Position numbers and translations under genes: made by a program
Assembly: GCA_000934665.2 (NCBI GenBank)
Contig: KZ539141.1
Location: 1-32,346 of the forward strand
DNA: 32,346 nt
From: Catajapyx aquilonaris
Taxonomy: Eukaryota
Direction: 5' to 3'
In this document: piece after piece, positions 21,633 to 32,346 of the stretch
How positions within the stretch are numbered: position 1 is the first letter of the stretch
How the letters are laid out: each line of letters begins with the position of its first letter
Notes under the pieces: generated by a model
The model's input: the letters and a program-made list of their open reading frames with translations, nothing else
Told to the model about the DNA's origin: nothing
The model's database searches: none

Positions 21633-22387
21633 CTGAGTTGTAAAGGTCAAGCATTACTTGTAAGTGTTGTAACAAATGCATGTTACTTATTTAAACATCA
21701 TTAATATTCTGGGTGCGCTGTGGCAATGAAACATCCTGATACTATACTACTTATGGTACAAAATATTACATCCATGTTGTTTCCAAGGGGAGACTGCAGA
21801 AATAATTATTCCGCACGTATCGCAACCCACAACTGCACTGGACGGGTAGTATTTTCAGCTGCTTTGACGCATTCCGTCACTATAATGGTACAGTCCGAGA
21901 ATAATCTGTTACGTCCTGTTCCAAACAGATAATGCACATCGAAATACCTCCCACACGCGGTGCAGGGCACTGAACTATCAAGAGTCCATATAATCGGATA
22001 CAGATGGACAAGACTTACTCACCAACAATTGGATGATGGTTATTGACTGCTTATTCTAGCAACTACAGGGTGACTCTAAAGTCTGGACACAATAAAATAT
22101 TTCATTGCTGGTTGACAATACTTTGACTCTTCTCTTCAACTTGAGCAGTGTATCACCCTGCAAATAATGTATAATTCCTGCCATTTCATTGCACGCATAT
22201 CCTGACCAAAAATCGATATAATTATTATTAGGGACAGTCGGACAGAACCAATTGTTTTATTGCAATGAATATTTTGGAATACGCGCGAAGATTGGTATGT
22301 AAGTAATTAAAAAATCCTCTCCAAACTAATCATTCCATCCACTTTCCTCAAAGTTAAATAAGTTTCAGGCCATTACAGTATATATGA

Positions 22388-22479
22388 NNNNNNNNNNNNN
22401 NNNNNNNNNNNNNNNNNNNNNNNNNNNNNNNNNNNNNNNNNNNNNNNNNNNNNNNNNNNNNNNNNNNNNNNNNNNNNNN
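22388..22479. other. Assembly gap (N run) followed by poly-G
   Basis: Run of N; gene density drops sharply on the right side. Confidence 0.98.
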
Positions 22480-23867
22480 GGGGGGGGGGGGGGACACTTT
22501 GTAAACAATCATTCATTGACAAGTTTCCCTTATTGCTAAATACGGAACGATGCAAATAAAGTGCTGCAGGAATGCACACTAATTGTCCATTAATTAACTC
22601 CTCCCTCCATAGTCCATATATATTATACTCCCCCGCAATAATTAAGAGCTTTACTTGGTTTTGCAAGACTCTCCATTATGAAGGGGGTGGCTATCCTCCC
22701 AATTAAGTTGTCATTTTTAGTTCAGCAGTTATGCAATTATTTTGTGTACTGCGCACTGGGCATTCTTGAAAGTCTGCAAGACTTTCACAGACCTAAACAA
22801 AGAGTGTTGGGTTGCATAGCTCCGAAGGATAGGCCTGAATTTGCCCCCTTCAAAAAAGGCTGCGTTTCTGTAAACTGTAGGTTTTCCCCAGAGACACAAA
22901 TTATACACCGACAGCCTTATGCAACAGCAGTGTCACTGGTCCTTGGCCTTCGCTTTTTCCCTTTTTTTAAAAAAAATGATTGTCCCAATGAGTTTGTAAC
23001 CTGTCGGGCGCGACTAATCAGCCGTATCATAAGATGGCATAAAAGGTGGGGGCCAAAAGGAGTGAAGAATAAGTGCCCATGGGCTCAATATCCAGCACAG
23101 GTTGACCTTCTTCTTGTGCAAGAAAAGAATGCCACCGGCCACTTGGGAATTTCCTGAAACCCTTTCCCCCCCTCCCCTTTCCTCCACCAGATCCTCCTGT
23201 GTGTATGCACACACCTCCATCAAATCCTTTCACCACCTTTTGGCCTTTTTGTCTCCACCTTTTCTAACCCCTTTTTTTTCTGCTTCCTTTTTGGTACTGC
23301 CCCCTCCCCTTCTCCAGGACCATAAACTCGGGCATGATCCAACCCCCATTTATCAGTCTTTTTGCCTTTTGCCTAACAAGCCTATCCAAAAAGCCAAAAA
23401 CTTTACCTGTTCCCCACTACTTTTTTAAAACGACAAAAGCATCCCTCGTAAAGTTTACGACACGCCTAACTACAAGCCGCGGGACATTCTGGTCAGCCTC
23501 ACACACACACACACGATGGCCTCAAGCCTTTTCGCTCATTTTCTTTCCTAACTGACATTTTATATGATTTTGAACCCCTAGGCCCTTCTTCTTCTTTTTT
23601 TTCTGAGAACGTCTCTTCCCGTTCACTTTTCCAATTTAGGGACCTTCACTCCTTATACCACACACGATGTACCGGTGGGGGAGCCTATTTTTATACCGTC
23701 GTATTAAACTGACTCACATCTTGGGTGTAGGTCCCCTTACACCGGTACCTTTCTAAGGAGCCGCCTATAAATTACCGGTTACGTAATTATTGTAACGTCA
23801 TCGGTTGAACGTCATATGTAGGATAGACCCACGCTGTAATTTGGGCATCATCCCGCAAAAAAAAAGT

Positions 23868-24301
23868 TATGAAAAGTGATCTGAATTGCCAAAAAATTAA
23901 TTGATTTTCCTATAAAATGTGATCTGAAATATTGCCCAAAAAAATATTAATAAATTCTCCTATTATAACATCCTGGAAGAAATTGGCAGAATGTTGACCG
24001 ATATTGGCATTATACAAGAAAAGAAATCGCAGACAAAAGCTATGAAAGGTGATCTGAATTGCCAAAAATTAATACATTTTCCTATAAAATGTGATCTGAA
24101 ATATTGCCAAAAAAATATTAATAAATTCTCCTATTATAACATCATGGAAGAAATTGGCAGAATGTTGACCGATATTGGCATTATACAAGAAAAGAAATCG
24201 CAGACAAAAGAGATGAACAGGTGATGTGAATTGCCAAAAAATTAATACATTTTCCTATAAAATGTGATCTGAAATATTGCCAAAAATATTAATAAATTCT
24301 C
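23868..24301. repeat. ~172-bp tandem repeat, about 2.5 copies
   Basis: The unit ATGAAA(A/G)GTGATCTGAATTGCCAAAAA...GAAAAGAAATCGCAGACAAAAG recurs at ~23869, ~24042 and ~24213 with high identity. Confidence 0.9.
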
Positions 24302-27300
24302 ATATCAAACAACTTATTTTAAACTATATAGGAAGGCCGAAGAAATGTTATTTAACATTTTCTTCCTTCCGCCTTTGTGTTATACTGCGTATGCCCATAT
24401 ATGGCAAAATTATCAAACCTCAACATACATACGGACATCCGTCTAAATATATTACAGGAAGCACCCGATATAATGGGGAAGCTATAGGCAGGAAAAAGCA
24501 AAAACGATTTTATTCTATACGTGCGAATGCCTCTTGATTGTTATTCCTGTGATTTTTGGGATGACGTGTCGAGCGGAAGCTGAGTTCTTATTATGTACCT
24601 ATGACGTGCTGGTACGTCACGGTTAAAACGTATAGTAGGAGGAAATTAATTCTGACATCACCCAAAACCTATTATACGATCCGTGACGCCGACGACGTGG
24701 GCGACGTGCATTTTTGCGATGAGATTTCTGGGAACAACTTTGGCGCGACAAATCACTGACTGTTCAAACCCCCGCTTTTGGCTTCGAGAGTTTTTCGTTC
24801 CGGTACGTCGATCCAAGGCTGTTGTTTCCGCCTTTGTTTGCTGTTGCTCGCAAATAAATTATTATTGCAAAAACACACAAAAATTCGGACATTATTCTCT
24901 CAATCAGAATTGGATGGAGGGCAACATTCTTCCAAGTGGGACGCAGGAAATGCCTGGCGATCTTTTCTCTCCAAAAGGGCGCCTAGTGAATGGTCCTCTC
25001 AAAACCCAATGGCCTTAAAATATATGACGTCAGATGTCCACCGCAATGTTCCGCCGATGATTCCGGTCCTCTGACACACACACATGTCGCAACTATACCT
25101 GAAGGAATGAGGGGGGGCTCGACAAATAATGTGTGCATATTCTGGACCGGGCTCCATATATGGAGAGAAGTTATCTGGCGGAAGCTCCTTGTGGGAAAAG
25201 TAGTGACATCAGGAGAGCTGTGAAAACAGGATCTGAGGGGGTAGGCTAAAGAGATTTTGCAAAAGGTTCATCGCCCTTGAGAGGATCACTCTTGATTTGG
25301 TCACCCTTTTGTCCTTTGCTTCTGGAAGGAGAGAGAGGATGTTATACGCTTTCATTGTTTTAACGCCCATGCAATTTCCGAGTCAAACTTTTCAAGTTCA
25401 AAGGCTTTATTGACGACCTATAACTGCATTTATCTGCGTTGTCACTATAGTATTTTTCCACTCGTTTTGAGTGATTTTCACTTTCATCCAGCACTTGATT
25501 TGAATCCCACTGGTTTTGAGCGAAAAATCACTAAGATTCTTGACGAGTTATTCTGATTGCTTCCGTCATTATGATTTTCGCTACAGTGATGCTGATCAGG
25601 CTATAGAGTCCGGTTCTACACACGTTGATTATAGAAAACATTTAACTACACTTGGTGGAACTGCTGAACGAATTGAAAATGAGACTTCTATAGGTGAATT
25701 GGGGTTAAAACTTCTGGCTGGAGAAAAATGAAAGTGCCCCATCATCACACCAGCAGGATGGTCAGTCTCGCATAAAGGACGGTTCCTTGTCTGATTCCGA
25801 GAAAGAAACGTGCTCTATACCTCATTTTTGATTGTTATGCTTCATTTCATCTTTCGGAGAAAAACATTGGTTGATGTTCTTGTGTGTGTTATATAACAAT
25901 CATCCTGGTTTTGCTCTTCCGTGGAGCCGAATTATTGTATAAGCTTCAGTTATCGCAATCATTCACGTGTTGATGCCGCTAAAACTTAATTAACTCCACC
26001 AACTGAATCCTGAAAGACAAAAAAATGATACGAGGTATTTTATTCGTAGAATTTGTCACAAATAGCAAATAGCTTGAGAGATATACGCCCTATTTATGTT
26101 AATTGATATTCAGAAAACACGCGTAATTCAAGAAAACAATTTACATGAATCAGTAACATCGATAAATAATTGTCTTCGATGTGATATATACGCAGACACT
26201 CGCATCATCATTACAACTGTTGCTTATTTTCATGGAACTATAATGCTTGTACAGTACAGTGTAATTAATACTGATAATAATGCTAAAGGTGTATCTCAGA
26301 GAAGCAAGTCGACCTCGTAATGTGTCCCTTTGCCCCTTACGAGTTTCTCCGCAGCACAAAAAATGCTTATGTCAGGGGCAGAGCGCATTGATCCTGATGG
26401 GACAGCATTTTTTTTTTCAAATGAACAATGTCACACGCGTTTTCTGTGTCATAATAGGTAGGCTATACCCATATTTTTAGTTGTGGCAAACTAAGTCCAT
26501 CATCACCATCTCTCTAGCGACAAAACCCTGCAGTGAGTCTATATAGTATTGTCACAATTACGATAGATGCTGGAAGAAATGACCCCAGCAATGATAGCAG
26601 CACGACTGAAATTCATACGCTCTACAAAGCAGACGTTACAGCTGAACTTCAGGCTTGTTATGTCATATAATGGGCCATGTTCTGTCGGATGATCAGAGGA
26701 ATTCAATTAAAAGCTGATCCATTTTACAGTAATTATTGTGTTTGTGAGCATGTTGCTGGGCTGCCCCCATGCACATTCATTCGTGAGAAAAACAACATAT
26801 ATAATGACCCCCCCTTACAGAAAACAAAAGTAACTAGTCGCCTACTATAATAATTACAAATGATTTCACCCGAGTTAACGGTCATCGGCCTGTCTACAGC
26901 GTTGTACAGTATCCATAGTCACCATGGTTCCTTTACACCTATAATAAAGGCAGCGTGGCAGTCGCACTGTTTATACATACAAGAAGTATAGGGTGATGTT
27001 ATCACCGAATTGAAATGGTAATTCAAAAGATTTAATTGGATTTCTATATGCACGATCCTCATGCTACAGCATGATTCGCAGATATTTTAATACAAAACGG
27101 ATGAAAAATATTTTATTGCCTTCACAATTTGCATGGATAAATAAATGTGTACTTATTTACTCGTTGCGCACAGTGCTTTAAGAGAGATGAATGGTGACTG
27201 GCTTGAGAATTTTAAAAAATGGCCAAAAAAGGTGGTACAGAGTGTGCCATCGGGTATATAGGAAGGAGGCTGTGTGGACGCATCTCTTGTTCCCCCTTTG

Positions 27301-27687
27301 CCGGATCCAATAGCATCGGCTGCGGGCGGGATCTGCCTCAGACTCTCGGCCAATCAACATCACCTTGTCCGCCCTTTCTCTCTCTTCTCGCACCTGCCTT
27401 TTGCCTCAAGAGAGACCTTGCATGGACACCAACCCTCCCATTTCTATTCAACCCTTTCTGGGAATGAAAAAAAGAGGAGCAGACAGCAGTAGACAAGACT
27501 CCAGGAGGGCCTCCAGCTAAGGGGGGGGGCTTGGGAATCGCACAGGGCGCCAATGCTCCTGCAAATCGTTGCCAATCGCTTCCCTGGAACATACGTATCT
27601 CGAACTCTTGATTACTGGCATCAGGGCGTCAATGTCGAATCGAATCCCAGCAAAAACAACCGACAGAAAACTCGCTGCCAAAAGGAA

Positions 27688-27717
27688 AGAAGAAGAAGAA
27701 GAAGAAGAAGAAGAAGA
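27688..27717. repeat. (AAG)n microsatellite
   Basis: About 9 AAG units are directly visible. Confidence 0.85.
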
Positions 27718-30595
27718 GACTAAAAAATGACGAGTCCTCCTTAATCATCACGCTAGAGTTTAATGGCCGCACAATCGATTTCCTGACAAAAGAAAACCTG
27801 GATCTTAACCAGCTAGTTATTAAAGATGAGAATTGCATGCTTTCCTGGTGGAGGAAGTGTCCACGATATGTGCTAAATTATGAAACAATCACAGGTATCA
27901 ATAGTCGAATATTTTTGTTTCGTCCAGCAGCAGCTTCAAAATTTGCACTCCCAGCAGACATTCATATGGAGTGCAAATTACTTTACTAAGGAGGGATTAA
28001 TTTTTAATAACTGGATTTACATGGTCGTAAAAGCAGGACCAACTATATGCAGTGCAAACTTTGCGCTATATAAACGAGACAAACGGGCATCAAAATTCTG
28101 GGTATGGATAAGGCCAAGGATATACCAGCAGCAGAGGGTGGAGACAGGAAACCGCGCTGTTATTTTTAAGGTTTCGATTATATATTCAGGAGGATGTGAT
28201 CAATTATACTTGCAGGGTGATTTATTCGCTCACAACGTCGAAAACCTCGTGATAATGACCCCCTAATTCCTGTCAGCCCAAAGATACCCGGTACCGGAAA
28301 TTGTACATAGACCATGCGATATACCACAAAAAAGCTCCGGAAGCATTGCAAAAATTACTACTCCCGATTTTGAAGAGTTTCTGGAATGCAATCAATGGCA
28401 ATCATCGTGAGTGTTTCCAGGTATAAGATAGACCCGGAGTATATTGACTCAGGTCCGAAAAAGCAGGCGGTTGGTGCTACACAAGCAAAAGGCATTATAG
28501 ACAATCCAGCATGTCCACCCTCAGGGTGTTAGTTGACTGGAGCCACAAAAGCAACAATATTCCCCTGGCCCTAAGGGTCAGCATAGAAAATTATTCCATG
28601 CACATCATTTTCTTCTGTGAGTTCTCAGCAAGTAGTCGCACATCCCAACCTGATTAATGGGTACTCAATCGCCGCCTTATAACTCTCATCTTTCGCGTGT
28701 GCCGATGCATGTCTCTGCTGCTTCCAAACAACACTTCCTGCCCCTTTCGTTGCACGCCATGACTCATGCATGATGGACATCTTTGCAGTTTTCACCCGGA
28801 CCCCAAAAAGAAAGTCTTTCTTTTCTCTATATGCCTTTTTTATCCTAATTACATTTCTCTTCAGGTGACGTCAATGGCGTTTACAATCGCCTTTTTTTCG
28901 GTTTACCCCGGATTCTTCAGCCAAAGTATAGGCGGTGAAGATTATTTTACATTATGCTACAAGCATGTTTTATCATCATCACTGTAAAGTAATCATATTG
29001 AAAGTGCAAGCTTTCCATGAATCGATTTCAACAAGTGAAAAAAAAAGTAATTGTTCTGAAAAACCCCCAATGGCTCCGTATAACGGGCTGTACAAAACGG
29101 TACTGGATTTCTGAGTAGTACCCAGCGCAAGATTTCGTGACAATCTTTGATTTCGGGGGAAAGAAGTACCTGAAATACCCCCTAAAACAATGACGAGTAT
29201 ACTTTTACTTTCGTCCAGCACAGGTTAGTCACACAGTTCACCCAGAAATCTCCATTATATATGGACTTCCGAGTATCTTCTGTACGAAACAAATTGTTGC
29301 CCTTAAGGTATATATGCTGAGGCTACGAAATTCTACGAGAGGTCAATTATTTTCGTACGTCGTGAATGAGCAAAGATGTGGTAAACCACAATAACTATGT
29401 GTAGCTCATTCATCCACTCCAAGGTCTTTATCAGGCCCCGAAGGAAGTTATTCGGTCGGATTAATTGACCATACTCTAATTCCAGGGACATTACTCAACT
29501 AGACACAATTAGCCGTTGCTACACTGGGAAGCGACATACAATGGTACAGTATTAGTAAGTCAGGCAAAAAAAAAACATTCCGATTCAAAAGTTATTTTAA
29601 ATTTTGCATTTTTGATAACAATTTATCTGACAGCAATAGAATTTCTCCAACCAGTTTGGAAAGCGGGAAATGCGTAAGGCACATTATTAATTAAAAATAT
29701 GATTTCACAAAAGACAAACACTTTTGGAGAAGCGCCGCATACATGCCCCTGGAAAGGCATATTGAGGGGGGGAAAAATACTGGCACGAAAGGTGATCTCA
29801 CTGTATACAGGTTATGTAACATTCATTAAATACTGTACAGTACAGATCATACTGTAGTACCGCTATACATTAGCACCTGCAAGACTTGGGCTTTGTAATA
29901 ATGCGGTTGAATCATCGCAACGCACTTTAAAATGCTGTGGCTCGGAGCAATCACGAAAAATACACACATAACTTGCTGGTCACTCGGCATGAATTATTAC
30001 TGCCATATTCTTCTGAGAAACCATATTTCCATACGGCCATTAAAAAAAATTCAAGTTAACATCGACTCACATGCGGGCCAATGTTTCACAGTACTACATA
30101 AAGCACGTGTTGATATGATGTATAATGGGCACTGCAACAATTAGAGGTGTAAAAACCGCCTGGTTATGTTTCCTTGATTGTATAGATTATACTAAATAAT
30201 TTTTCGTCCTTAAAAGGTGGTTGATTGAAAAATGTTTCCCTTCTGTTCACAGTATAACTGATTTTACTCTCCTTTGATACCTCCGGATAACAATGAACAA
30301 TGCGTGATATCACAGTGTACTCAAACCTTTCCATTTTATGAATGTTCTAAACTCTAAAGAATCGACACTGCTATAATTCATTCAGTAACCGTGCGGTACA
30401 CAGGCCATGATTTGAATAATAAATGACATTTTTAAAACTTCATGCAAGTGCCAAATGAATCAGAAATGACGTGCGTCGGTGGACATTCCAGGTCATTAAT
30501 GCACAATTTTTTTTATAGCACGTGCACTTGCACAAGGCTAAACTGGAGATCCTGTTAGCTAACACTTTGCTACTTGTTATGCATCGCTATATATA

Positions 30596-32150
30596 CAGGG
30601 TGGTGCAAATCTCCAAGAACGAAAGCATATGTGGAAGAAGTCGTATATACTCGTATTTGTTATCCTTGCTGGAAGCAGCCAATTGAATTAAAATTGGTTG
30701 CTGCTGATGGGTTGAGCAATCAATAATACATAATTTTCCTAAACATTTCGGCAAATGTGTATGTAGTTCACCAGTGTGACCCTCCAAGCAAAATCTTTGC
30801 ACGACTATATTACTGTGGGCACACTAAAAATATACTGAAACGAGAAGTCACGTGGGCAATCTTTTATTACCAGCGTTTTACTGCTGTTTTACGCCACCGT
30901 TTGCGGGTCTGAAAGTGGGTAGTAACGACTCCAGTCAAAGCCTGTTATTCCGTGTCAATCACTACAGGACATACCTAATACTTGAAAAGAATTGCACGTA
31001 CAGTATATACACCTCAGCGGCGCCAATACTTGTTTAGAGAGAGATTGTGAATAAGAGCATTGCGGGTCGATTTTGGCTTGCTTATCGACCCTTTCCAAAA
31101 AGAATAGGGTGTGAAGCCTGCATTGCAAAGCCTTGACTTCAAGGTTAAATCACTGTTTAACTCTTTTTTTTCGGCGAAGTACGTCAATACACCACCTTAC
31201 ATGTAATAATCGGTACAGTCGTGTTAAAATTAAAGTCATAATATATTCCGTCTCTTTATTTCCAGCAATCTAAAAAAAAAACGACACTTTACCGCACGTG
31301 ACGTGCTGTACGTGCAAAATAAACCTGGGAAACACGCCTTTCAACTCGCATAATCGCTGCACAACCGCAGCATGTATTTATTTACTTCCGCCACGTTCAG
31401 CACCGATGAATCCAACAATAATTCTCCACCACTAGGTCATTTTTATATATTTTTAAAGCTATTTTAGTGACAGTGCTCCACCATGTATATAGATTCGGGC
31501 AAAATTACGATATCAGACCGTTAGATGCGTGACGTCGCTCATTAACATATGACTCGATAATCCCGTCGAAGGTACATAGTAAGTGCCTTCCATATGTGGT
31601 CAGATAAGTCCCACGCCCGGAGCTAAAGGTTCATTAATTCCCGCGCTTCGTGTGCGCAGCCCTGGAATGCAGAATCCAAAGTGTTGAGAAGTCCACAGGA
31701 GCATTCTTTCGAGAAGACATAATCCAACCTACTATATAGTATAATAAGCGCATACAGGCCAGGTCACGTCATGGCTGCAGGTGGGCAGCAAAGCACAACC
31801 TGTTAATGTGCCCAGAAGGTTCTGCCCGGAAGTCTTAGCTTCCGATGTACTACACAGCAGGGAGGTACAGAGAAATGGCAATATCGCGCGCACCTGAAAT
31901 GGTAATGATGCACAGTCCGCATGACTAGGTGTACTTTATCTCGAGTTTTACTGCAAATATTTTACATAAGCTGTTCGTTCATTCATATCTAAGAGCCTAC
32001 ATGGCCCAACATGATGGGATAAAATAAATAAATAAGTAGCTAAATATTTACGCATCTCAAGAGCCTACATGGCCAAACTTGGAGTACAATAATTTTTTTA
32101 AAAACGCCTCTCAAGTGATAGCAACTGGACTTGAACAGTGCACCACCCTG
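30596..32150. mobile_element. Possible non-autonomous Tc1/mariner-type element or two related element ends
   Basis: TA|CAGGGTGGTGCA at 30594-30607 and its exact inverse TGCACCACCCTG|TA at 32139-32152. The match is only 12 bp plus TA, and there is no transposase ORF inside. Confidence 0.35.
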
Positions 32151-32346
32151 TACCGACACACAAAAAATGGTCCGTTAGCGTGCAGCATGATGCGCTGAAT
32201 AATTTCGTCGGTCATATCCCACATATCATCTTTAAAAATGCATATGCAGGTACTTGACCTCTTGCTGTACACACGCAATGTGAACCACAATTATAGCTTC
32301 CAATTTTCGCACTAATCAGGAAATAATGCAATTAATCGACCCCCCC

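Noticed and set aside
22023..22046. 24-nt in-frame FUOM microexon with a perfect GTGAGT donor
   Set aside because: The acceptor context is poor and the peptide does not match the expected GHGDEI segment; needs RNA evidence.
22066..22160. Mini element CAGGGTGA...TCACCCTG
   Set aside because: Only an 8-bp inverted match and the right TA duplication is absent.
22678..23460. 159-aa ORF and faint retroelement-like peptides
   Set aside because: Homopolymer-rich, with no continuous frame or convincing RT/integrase motif; cannot be supported without a profile search.
27440..27900. Possible coding exon around the (AAG)n tract
   Set aside because: Frames are broken by stops, there is no recognisable domain and no partner exons.

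Overview
Eukaryotic (animal, probably arthropod) genomic DNA with two assembly gaps (911-921 and 22388-22479). The first ~21.7 kb is a compact cluster of seven intron-containing genes, assembled by hand from GT-AG splice sites: AUP1 (+), drebrin-like/Abp1 (-), PCGF3 (+), R3HCC1/R3HCC1L-like (+), an unrecognised 197-aa gene with KEN box, D-box-like and pseudosubstrate-like motifs that looks like a divergent securin (-), SRP72 (+), and FUOM (-, first exon not found). The genes lie mostly in head-to-head and tail-to-tail pairs, some with nearly overlapping 3' ends. Introns carry a young tRNA-derived SINE with a 16-bp target-site duplication (TSD), a long-palindrome Tc1/mariner-type MITE and several mini/microsatellites. 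After the second gap (22.5-32.3 kb) I recognise no gene, only a ~172-bp tandem repeat and transposon-end remnants. The strongest novelty candidate is the putative securin sharing a 285-bp bidirectional promoter with SRP72.
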